Shown here one piece after another: positions 27,202 to 38,149 of a stretch of 57,923 bases of DNA (its first letter is position 1; each line of letters opens with the position of its first letter). Below the pieces are notes generated by a model. That model saw nothing but the letters and a program-made list of their open reading frames with translations, made no database searches and was not told the origin of the DNA. The translations under genes were made by a program, and so were the position numbers. The DNA comes from Porticoccaceae bacterium UBA1989 (GTDB lineage: Bacteria; Pseudomonadota; Gammaproteobacteria; Pseudomonadales; Porticoccaceae), in contig DDDD01000057.1 in NCBI GenBank assembly GCA_002335945.1, positions 1 through 57,923 on the forward strand, in the 5' to 3' direction.

Positions 27202-28233
27202 CTAGGGTCTATCGGATTCTTGAGACAGAATAATCTGCCGATAATTATGCAGCCTAATGGGTAGAACTTTGCCAGCTTCGACGGCTGCTAGCAGCGCGCA
27301 ACCCAGCTCTCGGTCGTGTTTACAGTCACGGAATTTGCAATATCCCAGATAGGGGTGAAAATCAACAAAGCCATCTATCACCTTGTCGGCACTTAGATGG
27401 GTTAGGGCAAATTCTCTAATTCCTGGGGAGTCAATTAATACGCCGCCCCCTTCGAGATGGAACAGTCGCGAGGCAGTCGTGGTGTGCGTGCCTTTTTCTT
27501 TGCCCACAGACAAGGAGCCTATTTGCATATTGGCCTCCGGCTGCAAATGATTGAGCAGAGAGGATTTGCCAACACCTGACTGGCCAACAAATATGGAGGT
27601 CTGATTGGCGAGATAAGACTGCAGTTCGGCCACACCTTCCCCAGTTTTCGCAGAGACCAGAAGAACCTCATAACCAATAAACCTATAGTCGGTGATTAGC
27701 TGGTGCACGTCGGCGTAGTCTTCCTCTTCAAGCATATCGGTCTTGTTGAGAATGAGTACGGGTTTAATACCCTGAAATTCAGAGGCCACCAGATAGCGAT
27801 CGAGAAGATTACTGAATGGCGTGGGCTTCGGGGAAAACACAATGGCGATACGATCAATATTGGCCGCTACGGGACGCAGCTTGCCATAGATATCGGGACG
27901 AATAAGTTCTGACTTACGCTCCTGACGGGCAACCACAACCCCATGGGGTTCAGCAGGACGCCAGATAACCACATCCCCAGTAACCAAGCTTTCCAGATTG
28001 GCGCGCATATGGCAGCGAACAATACTGCCTTTATAGGGCGCTTCGGTACCCTCAATGTCCACCTGAGCACCAAAGTTAGTAATAACAGTGCCGGTAATTT
28101 CGGGGCCTAGGGCGTTGAGGTTTTGCAGGTCTTCTTCGCTGACCGACTTTTTAGCGGTGGCACGCTCGCGCCGTCGTTCCTGAATGGACTGGATACGATT
28201 TATCTGTCGATCATTAAGTCTGCGTTTGCTCAT
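27202..28233 (-). CDS. rsgA: Ribosome small subunit-dependent GTPase RsgA
   Basis: NKTD, GQSGVGKSSL, HTTT, DSPGIREF, CKFRDCKH...C zinc finger. Confidence 0.96.
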   Translation of the reverse strand: MSKRRLNDRQINRIQSIQERRRERATAKKSVSEEDLQNLNALGPEITGTVITNFGAQVDIEGTEAPYKGSIVRCHMRANLESLVTGDVVIWRPAEPHGVVVARQERKSELIRPDIYGKLRPVAANIDRIAIVFSPKPTPFSNLLDRYLVASEFQGIKPVLILNKTDMLEEEDYADVHQLITDYRFIGYEVLLVSAKTGEGVAELQSYLANQTSIFVGQSGVGKSSLLNHLQPEANMQIGSLSVGKEKGTHTTTASRLFHLEGGGVLIDSPGIREFALTHLSADKVIDGFVDFHPYLGYCKFRDCKHDRELGCALLAAVEAGKVLPIRLHNYRQIILSQESDRP

Positions 28234-28348
28234 GTACCACTTTTACTCGTTGTAAAAAACGACCATCACTGGTCTTATTGGCTGCAAGGATATAGCATAA
28301 ACGCCCGCAGTAACATTTTGTAAGCAACCTCGATAAACAGGCCGCCCT

Positions 28349-28897
28349 ATGACAAATACCAATGCCCTTAATCTAATCTGGATTGATCTGGAAATGACCG
28401 GTTTGGATCCTCTTGTGGAGCGGATTATTGAGATAGCGACGGTGGTGACTGACGGGGATTTAAATGTTCTTGCCGAGGGTCCTTCTCTGGTGATTCATCA
28501 GGACGATACGCTACTGGATGCCATGGATGAGTGGAATACAAAACAGCATGGTGGCTCTGGCCTCACAGAGCGGGTGCGCAATAGTCAGGTTAGTGAACAG
28601 CAGGCCATGTCGGCGACTATTGATTTCTTGCGCGACTGGGTGCCAGCAGGGCAGTCTCCGATGTGTGGCAATACCATTGGTCAGGATCGACGCTTCCTGG
28701 TGAAATATATGCCAGAGCTCGCGGAGTTTTTTCACTACCGAAATCTGGATGTCAGCACCATTAAAGAGCTGGCTAGACGCTGGAAGCCTGAGTTGTTAGA
28801 GGGGTTTACCAAGAAGGGTAACCATCTGGCCATGGATGATGTGCACGACTCGATTGCCGAACTGGCCTATTATCGCGACGTTTTTATTCGCCCTTAA
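28349..28897 (+). CDS. orn: Oligoribonuclease
   Basis: [42 protein letters not shown]. Confidence 0.97.
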   Translation: MTNTNALNLIWIDLEMTGLDPLVERIIEIATVVTDGDLNVLAEGPSLVIHQDDTLLDAMDEWNTKQHGGSGLTERVRNSQVSEQQAMSATIDFLRDWVPAGQSPMCGNTIGQDRRFLVKYMPELAEFFHYRNLDVSTIKELARRWKPELLEGFTKKGNHLAMDDVHDSIAELAYYRDVFIRP

Positions 28898-29996
28898 TTA
28901 CTTCTACGTTAACAGATTCGAGCTTGAGCTTTTGCTGCTCAATGGCCCATTGCACATGTTCCCGTACCAGTTCAGAGGGATGCTCTGCTTTGGCTTCCAG
29001 CTGTTGCAGAATATCTGCAGACCCGCTGGCATTGCCCAATCCAACCGCGAGATTACGCAACCAGCGCTCATGACCAATGCGGCGTATGGGCGAGCCTTCG
29101 GTCTTCGTTAAAAATTCTTCCGGCTGCCAATTAAATAGCGTCACCAGATCCGGATCATCAAGATTATGCCTTGGGGCGAAATCATCTTCTTTGGTCTGAG
29201 AGGCAAAGCGATTCCAGGGACAGATAATTTGACAGTCATCGCAACCAAATACCCGATTGCCCATTAAAGAACGCAGTTCCACCGGTATAGGCTCTTTGCT
29301 TTCAATGGTCAGATAGGAAATACACTTTCGGGCATCCAGCACATAGGGTTCAGGAAAGGCATTGGTGGGGCAGATTTTTAAGCAGGCCCGACAGTTACCG
29401 CAGCGATTTTCCTGTTCACTCTTATCTGTGGGTAGCGGTAATGAGGTGTAAATTTCACCGAGAAAAAACCAGGAACCGGCTTTGTCATTGAGCAGTAATG
29501 TGTTCTTTCCAATCCAACCCAGTCCGGCCTGCTCCGCCAGTGGTTTTTCCATAACCGGCGCACTGTCCACAAAGGGTCGTTGCTTGAGGTCGAGCTCGGG
29601 TAGTTCGGCATCAATTTTATTCACTAGCGCCTTAAGCCGCTGACGAATCAATTTATGGTAGTCGCGGCCTAGGGCATAGCGGGAGATATAGGCCTTATGG
29701 TCATTTTTAAGCACGGCCACCATATTGCGATCCGCCAGATAGTCCATACGCACCGAGATAACCCGCACCGTGTGATCCACGAGTTTGTCGACCACATAGC
29801 GTTTATCCCCATGTTCACCCATCCACTGCATAGAGCCCTGAAAACCATCGGCTAGCCATTTATTGAGCTGTTCTGATGCCTGATTTAAATCCGGTTCGAC
29901 AATGGCTACCTGCTGAAAACCCAGCTCAGCGCCCCATGCTTTAATTTTCTTAGCAAGGTCGGCGAGCTGTTGTTCTTCTAGAGGCTTGTTGTGCAT
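28884..29996 (-). CDS. queG: Epoxyqueuosine reductase
   Basis: [53 protein letters not shown]. Confidence 0.96.
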   Translation of the reverse strand: MHNKPLEEQQLADLAKKIKAWGAELGFQQVAIVEPDLNQASEQLNKWLADGFQGSMQWMGEHGDKRYVVDKLVDHTVRVISVRMDYLADRNMVAVLKNDHKAYISRYALGRDYHKLIRQRLKALVNKIDAELPELDLKQRPFVDSAPVMEKPLAEQAGLGWIGKNTLLLNDKAGSWFFLGEIYTSLPLPTDKSEQENRCGNCRACLKICPTNAFPEPYVLDARKCISYLTIESKEPIPVELRSLMGNRVFGCDDCQIICPWNRFASQTKEDDFAPRHNLDDPDLVTLFNWQPEEFLTKTEGSPIRRIGHERWLRNLAVGLGNASGSADILQQLEAKAEHPSELVREHVQWAIEQQKLKLESVNVEVIKGE

Positions 29997-30052
29997 GTGT
30001 TATCGGCTGTTCTGGATTATAATTGCGCCAATTTTACGGGGATATTCGCTTC

Positions 30053-31567
30053 ATGTCGCACACTCTTATTCAAGATGCCTTATTTACGGCCAAATCTGTT
30101 CGTGAACTCGATCGCCTAGTGATCGAAGAGCAGGGCATTCCAGGTATTATTTTAATGAAACGGGCTGGCCGGGCAGTACTGTCTGAGCTGCTTGATGCCT
30201 ATGGTACGCCCAGTTTACTCAGCGTATTTTGTGGCTCTGGTAACAATGGCGGCGATGGCTATATTGTTGCGGCACTGGCCGCTGAAAAGAATATTGCTGT
30301 GCAGTGTTTTGAAATGGGCGGCACGTTAACCGCGGACGCCGCACTGGCGAAGCAATTTGCCGAGCAGGCTAAAGTAAGCTTTTATCCAGCCGACAGCGAT
30401 GTCGAGTTGGTTCAGGGTGTGGTTGTGGATTGCCTGTTGGGCACAGGATTAAACGGCGAGATGCGCCAGCCCTATGCCGATGTTATAGATTTGATTAACG
30501 ATTGCGGACTGCCGGTGGTTGCGGTGGATATCCCTTCTGGCCTCAATGCGGACACGGGTGCTGTTGCCAGCGTGGCGGTGCAGGCGGATATCACGGTGAC
30601 CTTTATTGGCGCCAAGCAGGGGCTCTTTAGTGGTCGCGGTCCAGCGGTCTGTGGTGAAGTTATCTATGATTCTCTGGACATTGCAGAAGATGTTTTCCAG
30701 CAGGTGGATGCCAGTGCCGAATTGATGGATTTATCTGACCTGTTGGAACAGTTACCCGAGCCAGAGGTGGACGCCTATAAAACCCAGCGCGGTCACGGCA
30801 TGGTCGTGGGTGGCGATCATGGTTTTGGTGGCGCTGCCATTATGGCCGCAGAGGCCTGCCTTAAAGTCGGTGCTGGTATGGCGAGTGTTGCCACCAGACC
30901 TGAACATGTTGCTGCAGCACTGGCACGTCAGCCTGAAATAATGGCCTGTGGTGTCACCTCTGGTCAGCAGTTGGAGCCACTATTAGATCGCCCAACGGTA
31001 CTAATCACTGGTCCCGGTCTCGGCCGTTCCTCCTGGTCTGAGCAGTTGATGCAAAAAGCCGTGGCCGCCAACCTGCCGATGGTAATAGACGCGGATGGCC
31101 TGAATATTCTTGCGGAAGGACGTGTGGTGCCCAAGCCTGACGGTTCCCAGTGGGTACTTACGCCCCATGTTGGCGAAGCCGCTCGATTGTTGGGAGTTAC
31201 CATTGCTGAGATTCAAGCAGATCGTTTCGCCGCAGTGGCGCAGTTGCAGAAAAAATACAATGCAGTCGTTTTACTTAAAGGCCCCGGCACTATTATCTCT
31301 GCACCTCAGGGCGAGCCGTTTAAGGTTTGCCCCTATGGCAACCCCGCCATGGCGACCGCAGGTATGGGTGATATTTTGAGTGGCCTAATCGGCGGTTTGA
31401 TGGCCCAGGGTCTGACTCCACAAATAGCGGCAGAGTTGGGCTGCTGCCTGCATTCAGCAGCGGCTGATATGGCGGCGCAGGAAAAGGGCTCAAGAGGTTT
31501 AGTGGCTTCTGACTTGCTGCCCTATGTTCGTGACCTGTTAAATAATATCGATCAGGAAGCTCTGTGA
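30053..31567 (+). CDS. nnr: Bifunctional NAD(P)H-hydrate epimerase/dehydratase
   Basis: CGSGNNGGDG, VDCLLGTG, AVDIPSG, GPGLG, DADGLN, LTPHVGE, MATAGMGDILSG; start ATG 30053. Confidence 0.95.
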   Translation: MSHTLIQDALFTAKSVRELDRLVIEEQGIPGIILMKRAGRAVLSELLDAYGTPSLLSVFCGSGNNGGDGYIVAALAAEKNIAVQCFEMGGTLTADAALAKQFAEQAKVSFYPADSDVELVQGVVVDCLLGTGLNGEMRQPYADVIDLINDCGLPVVAVDIPSGLNADTGAVASVAVQADITVTFIGAKQGLFSGRGPAVCGEVIYDSLDIAEDVFQQVDASAELMDLSDLLEQLPEPEVDAYKTQRGHGMVVGGDHGFGGAAIMAAEACLKVGAGMASVATRPEHVAAALARQPEIMACGVTSGQQLEPLLDRPTVLITGPGLGRSSWSEQLMQKAVAANLPMVIDADGLNILAEGRVVPKPDGSQWVLTPHVGEAARLLGVTIAEIQADRFAAVAQLQKKYNAVVLLKGPGTIISAPQGEPFKVCPYGNPAMATAGMGDILSGLIGGLMAQGLTPQIAAELGCCLHSAAADMAAQEKGSRGLVASDLLPYVRDLLNNIDQEAL

Positions 31568-32124
31568 CTGCTGAGGTGACAAAGGTTTTAGCGACGGCAA
31601 GTATTGAGCTTGCCGGCGAGGCGGCGATGATTGAGTTTGGCGCCAAGATAGCGAGAGGGCTTTTAATTGGCGGAGGGCTCTCAATTGGCGGAGGGCTCTC
31701 AACTGGTGGAGGGCTCTCAACTTCCGAGGGTACAGAAAAACCCATTATTATGACCCTGCAGGGTGATTTGGGTGCCGGGAAAACGACCCTGAGCCGTGGG
31801 GTTTTGCAGGGACTTGGCCATGTCGGAAATGTAAAAAGCCCAACTTACACCCTGGTGGAACCCTATCAGCTTGCGTTCGGTGCGGTGTATCATTTTGATC
31901 TGTACCGATTGACCGATGCAGAGGAGCTTGAATACATGGGGTTTGCCGATTACCTGACCGATGGCAAGCTATGCTTGATAGAATGGCCTGAGAAAGGGCA
32001 GGGGTTTCTACCACAGACCGATATTGGCATTCAGATCAGTCAGCTCGAAGAGAGCCGCTGTGTTACTCTAACCGCGTATTCTGCTTATGCTGAGCAGTTG
32101 GTCAGTCAGTTAGGGATGATCTAG
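31564..32124 (+). CDS. tsaE: tRNA threonylcarbamoyladenosine biosynthesis ATPase TsaE
   Basis: GDLGAGKTT, VKSPTYTLVEPY, HFDLYRL, IEWPE; GTGA overlap with nnr; Gly-rich repeat insertion before the P-loop. Confidence 0.95.
   Translation: MTAEVTKVLATASIELAGEAAMIEFGAKIARGLLIGGGLSIGGGLSTGGGLSTSEGTEKPIIMTLQGDLGAGKTTLSRGVLQGLGHVGNVKSPTYTLVEPYQLAFGAVYHFDLYRLTDAEELEYMGFADYLTDGKLCLIEWPEKGQGFLPQTDIGIQISQLEESRCVTLTAYSAYAEQLVSQLGMI
31654..31725 (+). repeat. 18-bp in-frame tandem repeat (4 units) inside tsaE
   Basis: agagggcttttaattggc / ggagggctctcaattggc / ggagggctctcaactggt / ggagggctctcaacttcc, encoding RGLLIG-GGLSIG-GGLSTG-GGLSTS. Confidence 0.93.
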
Positions 32125-32127
32125 AGA

Positions 32128-33492
32128 TTGAATATTAAGTTACAACAACGCATAACCAAACTCAGTCAATGGGGCGTCTTTTTTTCATGGATGGCGTCTG
32201 TGATGCTATCCAGTCCGCTCCTGCTGCTATCCAGTTCTGCCTCGGCAGCGGATATTGAATCGGTGCGAGTTTGGCGAGCGCCAGATAGCACAAGGCTGGT
32301 ACTTGATCTGAGTAGTGCAGCCGACCACAAACTATTTGCCCTGCAAAATCCCAATCGACTAGTGATTGACCTCAGCGACAGCCAGGTCAAAACACAGTTC
32401 GATAAACTCGATTTAACCAATACGCCGATTGCAAAAATTCGCGCCGCCGTGCGCAATAAAACCGATGTCCGCGTAGTGTTGGATCTAAAAAATACCGTCA
32501 GTCCAAAAAGTTTTAGCCTCAAGGCCAATGAGCAATACAGCGACCGTTTAGTGATCGACCTGTTTGATAAAAAGCGGGTAGTTAGTCGCTCTGTAGAACA
32601 GGTGGTCAAGAAGAGAAATCCGAAAATAGTCATTGCGATTGATGCTGGTCACGGTGGTGAAGACCCCGGGGCTCTTGGGCCAAGGCGAGTCCGTGAAAAA
32701 GTTGTGGCCCTGCAAATAGCTCAAAAACTGGAAGCACTTTTTGATAAAAACCCCTATTTCGAAGGAGAGTTAGTGCGCACGGGTGACTATTATATTGCAC
32801 TGCCAAAACGATCCAAAATTGCTCGTGATAAACAGGCTGACTTTTTTATCTCCATTCATGCGGATGCCTTTACTAATCCGAAAGCTTATGGCGCTTCGGT
32901 CTATGCGCTGTCTACCAAGGGCTCTACGAGTGCCTGGGCAACTAAATTGGCAGCCAAAGAAAACCGGTCCGATGAATTTGGTGGTACCAGCTCGCCCAGT
33001 GGCAATGCCTATCCTGACTATGTGCAGGGGGTGCTGGCGGATTTAATTCAGACTGGAACGGTAAGGGATAGTCTGGATGCCGGTAAGTACGTTCTTAAAA
33101 ATATAGGTGGCGTCGCCAGACTGCACAAAAAGAAAGTTGAGCAGGCAGGCTTTATGGTGCTTAAGTCATCGGTGCCCTCGCTGCTGATTGAGACGGGTTT
33201 TATTTCTAATCCCAAAGAGGCGCGAGATTTAAGTACGCGCAGCTATCAGCAAAAAATTGCCAATGCTATTTATCAGGGGGTACTGCAATATCATTCTGAT
33301 AGTCCTCCCGTCGGCACTTTGCTGGCCAAAAATGATGGAGAAATTGACCACAGTTATGTGATTATTCGCGGTGACACATTGTCAGAAATTGCGGCTCGCT
33401 ATAACACCTCAGTGCGAAAAATTGTGCGCTACAATAAAATGAAATCCAATTCTATTCGGGTTGGCCAGAAAATTTTAATTCCCTCTAGTTAA
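32128..33492 (+). CDS. amiB: N-acetylmuramoyl-L-alanine amidase (AMIN + Amidase_3 + LysM)
   Basis: VRVWRAPDSTRLV, IDAGHGGEDPGA, SIHAD, IETGFISNP, C-terminal GDTLSEIA LysM; between tsaE and mutL; start uncertain. Confidence 0.9.
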   Translation: MNIKLQQRITKLSQWGVFFSWMASVMLSSPLLLLSSSASAADIESVRVWRAPDSTRLVLDLSSAADHKLFALQNPNRLVIDLSDSQVKTQFDKLDLTNTPIAKIRAAVRNKTDVRVVLDLKNTVSPKSFSLKANEQYSDRLVIDLFDKKRVVSRSVEQVVKKRNPKIVIAIDAGHGGEDPGALGPRRVREKVVALQIAQKLEALFDKNPYFEGELVRTGDYYIALPKRSKIARDKQADFFISIHADAFTNPKAYGASVYALSTKGSTSAWATKLAAKENRSDEFGGTSSPSGNAYPDYVQGVLADLIQTGTVRDSLDAGKYVLKNIGGVARLHKKKVEQAGFMVLKSSVPSLLIETGFISNPKEARDLSTRSYQQKIANAIYQGVLQYHSDSPPVGTLLAKNDGEIDHSYVIIRGDTLSEIAARYNTSVRKIVRYNKMKSNSIRVGQKILIPSS

Positions 33493-33504
33493 AGGTTATA
33501 AAGC

Positions 33505-35346
33505 ATGTCCGCTATCAAGATTCTCAGCCCGCAATTAGCCAATCAGATTGCTGCTGGCGAGGTGGTTGAACGCCCCGCATCTGTTCTTAAAGAGCTGGTG
33601 GAAAATAGCCTTGATGCTGGGGCTAAGCGCATTGATATTGAGATAGAGCAGGGCGGCGTCAAGCTGATTAAAATCCGTGACGACGGCCATGGTATTCCCG
33701 AGCACGAACTGGCTCTGGCCCTGAGTCGTCACGCGACCAGCAAAATTGATAACCTCGAAGATCTCGAAGCTGTTGGAACACTGGGTTTTCGCGGTGAGGC
33801 TCTGGCCAGTATTGCCTCGGTGTCGCGCTTGGCGCTCACCTCTAATTCTGGTGATAGCAGTGGTTGGAAAGCCGTATCGGAGGGTCGCGATATGGAGGTG
33901 GAACTCAAGCCTGCCGCTCATCCTCAGGGCACCAGCGTCGAGGTGCGGGATCTGTTTTTTAATACCCCGGCGCGACGTAAGTTTTTGAGAACCGAAGGCA
34001 CCGAATATAACCGCATCGATGACAGCATCAAAAAGTTGGCCCTCAGCCGTATGGATGTGGCCTTTAGTTTGCGCCACAACCAGCGCGCACAGTTGACCTT
34101 GCGTCCGGCGAGGAGTCAGGCGGAGCAGGAAAAGCGGGTGGCAGATATCTGTGGCCCAGCATTTATGAAAGACGCCCTGTATGTGGACAATGATCGCACC
34201 GGTATTCGGCTCTGGGGCTGGATGGGTCTGCCGACGTTTTCGAGAAGTCAGGCTGATCTGCAGCACTTCTTTGTCAATGGTCGAGCGATTCGCGACAAGG
34301 TGGTATCTCATGCCGTGCGCCAAGCCTATCAGGATGTTTTGTACCATGGCCGTCATCCCGCCTTTGTTTTGTTTCTCGAGATTGAGCCCGCCGACGTGGA
34401 TGTTAATGTGCATCCCACCAAACATGAGGTGCGCTTTCGAGACAGTCGATCTATCCATGGCTTTGTCTACAGCACGTTGCATCGAGCACTGTCTCAGGAT
34501 CGACCGCAGGATCATTTGCAGGCTTCTGAGTCTGGCTTGAATACTAACCAGGATGCGGAGCAGCAGGCTGGACAGTCAACGATTCAGTTTCCTTCGGGTT
34601 CGTCTTTAGGCGCTCAAGAATCCCTATCAAACGTTCAAGGTTATTCATCCGGTCCGCAGGGGCATGGCTTTCAGTCTCGACCGCAGAGCTTTGGTGTGAA
34701 TACACCCATGGCGGCTTATCAGGGGCTCTATGCTACTGAGATGCCCACGGAAGAGGGCGATATTCCTCCAATGGGTTTTGCGGTTGCTCAGCTCAAGGGA
34801 ATTTATATTCTGGCGGAAAACGCCCAGGGCCTAATTATTGTTGATATGCATGCGGCTCACGAACGCATTACCTATGAACGGATGAAAACCGCCTTTGATG
34901 ATCAGGGGCTTGTCTCTCAGCCACTGCTGGTACCAGAGAGTCTGGCAGTTAGTCAGCGTGAAGCCGATATGGCCGAACAGAGTGGTGAGGTGTTTGCGCA
35001 GCTTGGATTTGTCGTGGAGCGGGCCGCCAATGAAAGTATTATCGTGCGAGAGATTCCGGCTATTTTACGGGGTTCTGAAGTTGAGTCTCTGCTGCGTGAT
35101 GTGATCTCAGACCTGATTGAGCACGGTACCTCGGAGCGTATTCGCAACCATATTAATGAAATTCTTTCGACCATGGCCTGCCATGGATCAGTGCGCGCTA
35201 ATCGCAAACTCAGTGTGCCCGAGATGAATGCGCTGCTGCGTGATATGGAAGCGACTGAGCGCAGTGGTCAGTGCAACCACGGCCGTCCTACCTGGTCGCA
35301 GCTGACCCTAGACGAGTTGGATAAGCTCTTTTTGCGGGGCCGCTAG
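33505..35346 (+). CDS. mutL: DNA mismatch repair endonuclease MutL
   Basis: [47 protein letters not shown]. Confidence 0.98.
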   Translation: MSAIKILSPQLANQIAAGEVVERPASVLKELVENSLDAGAKRIDIEIEQGGVKLIKIRDDGHGIPEHELALALSRHATSKIDNLEDLEAVGTLGFRGEALASIASVSRLALTSNSGDSSGWKAVSEGRDMEVELKPAAHPQGTSVEVRDLFFNTPARRKFLRTEGTEYNRIDDSIKKLALSRMDVAFSLRHNQRAQLTLRPARSQAEQEKRVADICGPAFMKDALYVDNDRTGIRLWGWMGLPTFSRSQADLQHFFVNGRAIRDKVVSHAVRQAYQDVLYHGRHPAFVLFLEIEPADVDVNVHPTKHEVRFRDSRSIHGFVYSTLHRALSQDRPQDHLQASESGLNTNQDAEQQAGQSTIQFPSGSSLGAQESLSNVQGYSSGPQGHGFQSRPQSFGVNTPMAAYQGLYATEMPTEEGDIPPMGFAVAQLKGIYILAENAQGLIIVDMHAAHERITYERMKTAFDDQGLVSQPLLVPESLAVSQREADMAEQSGEVFAQLGFVVERAANESIIVREIPAILRGSEVESLLRDVISDLIEHGTSERIRNHINEILSTMACHGSVRANRKLSVPEMNALLRDMEATERSGQCNHGRPTWSQLTLDELDKLFLRGR

Positions 35347-35350
35347 GGCC

Positions 35351-36340
35351 GTGAACAGGGACTCTCTGCCGCCTGCTATCTTTGTTATGGGGCCAACCGC
35401 CAGTGGCAAAACCGATCTGGCAATCGCACTGCGCCAGCATTTGCCGGTTGAGCTAATTAATGTGGATTCGGCCCAGGTGTATCGCCAGCTGAATATCGGC
35501 AGCGCCAAGCCAGATGCAGAGACTCTAGCTGCTGCACCTCATCGACTGATTGATATTCGCGACCCAATAGATGTTTATAGTGCGGCAGATTTTCTCGTCG
35601 ATGCCCGCCGTGAAATGGCCGAGATTACTGCGTCCGGGAGAATCCCGTTACTGGTCGGCGGCAGCATGATGTATTTCAAGGTGTTGTTGGAAGGCCTGTC
35701 GGAAATGCCAGAAGCCGATCAGGATATTCGCCAGCAACTTGAGCAGCGAGCGGCTAAATCTGGTTGGCCCAGCCTCTATAAAGAACTACAGATGGTTGAC
35801 CCAGAAACCGCCAGTCGCCTACATCCCAATCATTCTCAGAGAATACAGCGCGCCCTGGAGGTCTACCAGATAACGGGGACTCCCATGTCGGCTTTGCAGG
35901 CTCAGGCCTCCGTTGGTGGCTTACAGAATGACTACCAAATTCAACAGTTTTCCCTGATGCCGGAAAATCGTGGGCTACTTCACCAGCGGATAGAGCAGCG
36001 CTTCCATAAAATGATGGAGCAAGGTTTCGCGGAAGAGATGCAGGCCCTTTTTAAGCGGGGGGATTTACATGTAAACCTGCCAGCCATTCGCTGCGTAGGA
36101 TATAGGCAGCTATGGGATTACTGTGCGGGAGACTGCACCCTGCATGAAGCTGTTGAAAAGGGCGTGATTGCCACCCGGCAATTGGCCAAGCGACAGATAA
36201 CCTGGCTGCGCAATTGGCCAGGGGCGACAGAAATAGCCGTTGATGACGGCAAGTACTATTACAGTCCAGAATATATTCTTAATCGGTGCTTGAAAAAGCT
36301 GGAAGAAGCTCCCATATACTATACTAAGGGGCAAGAGTAG
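35351..36340 (+). CDS. miaA: tRNA dimethylallyltransferase
   Basis: [39 protein letters not shown]. Confidence 0.97.
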   Translation: MNRDSLPPAIFVMGPTASGKTDLAIALRQHLPVELINVDSAQVYRQLNIGSAKPDAETLAAAPHRLIDIRDPIDVYSAADFLVDARREMAEITASGRIPLLVGGSMMYFKVLLEGLSEMPEADQDIRQQLEQRAAKSGWPSLYKELQMVDPETASRLHPNHSQRIQRALEVYQITGTPMSALQAQASVGGLQNDYQIQQFSLMPENRGLLHQRIEQRFHKMMEQGFAEEMQALFKRGDLHVNLPAIRCVGYRQLWDYCAGDCTLHEAVEKGVIATRQLAKRQITWLRNWPGATEIAVDDGKYYYSPEYILNRCLKKLEEAPIYYTKGQE

Positions 36341-36430
36341 AATCCGCTCTGCGGTGAGACGCAATCCCACCGGACTTTTGCTGCGATAATTGTAGCACCC
36401 ATTGAATTTTCAATAACAAGGAGTAGTAAC

Positions 36431-36724
36431 ATGTCAAAAGGGCATAATCTACAAGACCCTTTTCTGAATGTCTTAAGAAAAGAAAGAATCCCAGTGTCTA
36501 TATTTCTGGTAAACGGTATTAAGCTTCAGGGACAGGTTGAGTCTTTTGATCAATTCGTCGTACTGCTAAAAAACACTGTGAGCCAAATGGTCTATAAACA
36601 CGCAATATCTACAGTTGTCCCATCGCGCGCTGTGCGCCTGCCCGCTGCTAATGCAGCTGAGGGCGGATCATCGGATCAGGGATTTGACGATGATGCTGGC
36701 AATTATGGCGACGACAACTACTAA
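36431..36724 (+). CDS. hfq: RNA chaperone Hfq
   Basis: LQDPFLN...[16 protein letters not shown]...[10 protein letters not shown]; acidic C-terminal tail. Confidence 0.99.
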   Translation: MSKGHNLQDPFLNVLRKERIPVSIFLVNGIKLQGQVESFDQFVVLLKNTVSQMVYKHAISTVVPSRAVRLPAANAAEGGSSDQGFDDDAGNYGDDNY

Positions 36725-36727
36725 GCG

Positions 36728-38023
36728 GTGTCATTGTTCTTTGAGCGACCTAAGTCTGGCGAGAGAGCTGTTCTTGTTCATATAAAGCTGAATAGTGAGT
36801 CCGAACCTGAAGATCCTAGGGAGTTTGAAGAGCTAGTGATTTCTGCGGGTGGAGATCCGGTCGAATTTTTGACCGGATCACGCCCATCTCCCAGCGCGAA
36901 ATTTTTTGTCGGTTCAGGCAAACTCGAAGAGATTAGCGCCGCGGTTAAAAGCGCCGATGCGCAGCTTGTTATCTTTAACCATAATTTATCCCCCAGTCAG
37001 GAACGTAATATTGAAGCCGAGCTTAAATGCCGGGTGCTCGATAGAACCGGTCTGATTTTGGATATTTTTGCCCAGCGTGCCAGAACCCATGAGGGAAAGC
37101 TGCAAGTCGAGCTAGCCCAGTTACAGCATCTGTCTTCGCGACTGGTTAGAGGCTGGACTCACCTTGAGCGTCAACGAGGTGGTATTGGTAATCGGGGTCC
37201 CGGTGAAACTCAGCTGGAATCTGATCGACGAATGGTGAGAGACCGTATTAAGGCTATTAAGCAGCGCCTTGATAAGGTGCGCAAACAGCGCGACCAGGGG
37301 CGGCGAGCGCGGACCAAGTCCGAGATTCCCACCGTGTCGTTGGTGGGTTACACCAACGCCGGAAAATCAACATTATTTAATAAGCTGACCAGCGCCGATG
37401 TCTATGTCGCTGATCAGCTGTTCGCGACTCTAGATCCGACCATGCGCCGACTCGACTTGGCGGAACTGGGGCCAGTGGTCTTTGCGGATACAGTGGGCTT
37501 TATTAGTCATCTACCGCACCGTTTGGTCGATGCCTTTAGAGCGACACTGGAAGAGGCTGCCTCGTCGAACCTATTGATGCATGTTGTAGACGCCTCAGCA
37601 GGGGATCGATCGGTCAATATTGTGCGGGTTAATGAAGTATTAAAAGAGATTAATGCTCACGACTTGCCAACGCTGATGATATACAACAAGATTGACCTGC
37701 TCGACGAAGTGAAGCCCCATATCGAGAGAAATGAAGAGGGCATACCCATTGCAGTTTGGGTGTCGGCACTGGCCGGTGAGGGGTTGGAATTGCTCCTCCA
37801 GGCCGTGGTTGAATGTCTGCCCAATAAAATTGTGCACCAGCATCTGCAGTTACAGCCGAGTCAGGGGGCATTTCGCGCCGCGCTCTATAGTCAAAAAGCT
37901 GTATTATCCGAGCAATCAGCGGAATCAGGTGTTATTAATTTAGAAGTGAAGCTGGCAGAGAGCGATTTTTTGCGTCTGCTTAAAAATTCGGGGTTGAAAT
38001 TAGAAGATTTGGTCACATTGTAA
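36728..38023 (+). CDS. hflX: Ribosome rescue GTPase HflX
   Basis: GPGETQLESDRR, GYTNAGKS, LFATLDPT, DTVGF, NKID. Confidence 0.97.
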   Translation: MSLFFERPKSGERAVLVHIKLNSESEPEDPREFEELVISAGGDPVEFLTGSRPSPSAKFFVGSGKLEEISAAVKSADAQLVIFNHNLSPSQERNIEAELKCRVLDRTGLILDIFAQRARTHEGKLQVELAQLQHLSSRLVRGWTHLERQRGGIGNRGPGETQLESDRRMVRDRIKAIKQRLDKVRKQRDQGRRARTKSEIPTVSLVGYTNAGKSTLFNKLTSADVYVADQLFATLDPTMRRLDLAELGPVVFADTVGFISHLPHRLVDAFRATLEEAASSNLLMHVVDASAGDRSVNIVRVNEVLKEINAHDLPTLMIYNKIDLLDEVKPHIERNEEGIPIAVWVSALAGEGLELLLQAVVECLPNKIVHQHLQLQPSQGAFRAALYSQKAVLSEQSAESGVINLEVKLAESDFLRLLKNSGLKLEDLVTL

Positions 38024-38149
38024 TAGCAGGCCTTCATTAGAAGAGCTAGCAGAAGCGCGAGAAGAGAATTTGTAGTCGTAGCCGTGCAGTTTAAAGGCTG
38101 CATCGTAGAAATACCTAAAATAGATCAACAATTAAAACTGGAGAAAATT

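Noticed and set aside
31654-31725. tsaE repeat as a possible CRISPR array
   Set aside because: The units are contiguous 18-mers with no spacers, in frame inside a CDS, and there are no cas genes.
33535-34515. 326-aa ORF antisense to mutL
   Set aside because: Entirely opposite a conserved gene, codon-aligned with it, and has no recognisable motifs; a typical shadow ORF.
38024-38075. Purine-rich agaag repeats after hflX, readable as LEELAEAREENL in the +1 frame (possible frameshifted tail or Hfq ARN site)
   Set aside because: HflX is already full length at 431 aa, I see no slippery site, and the repeat is too short and degenerate to support a claim.
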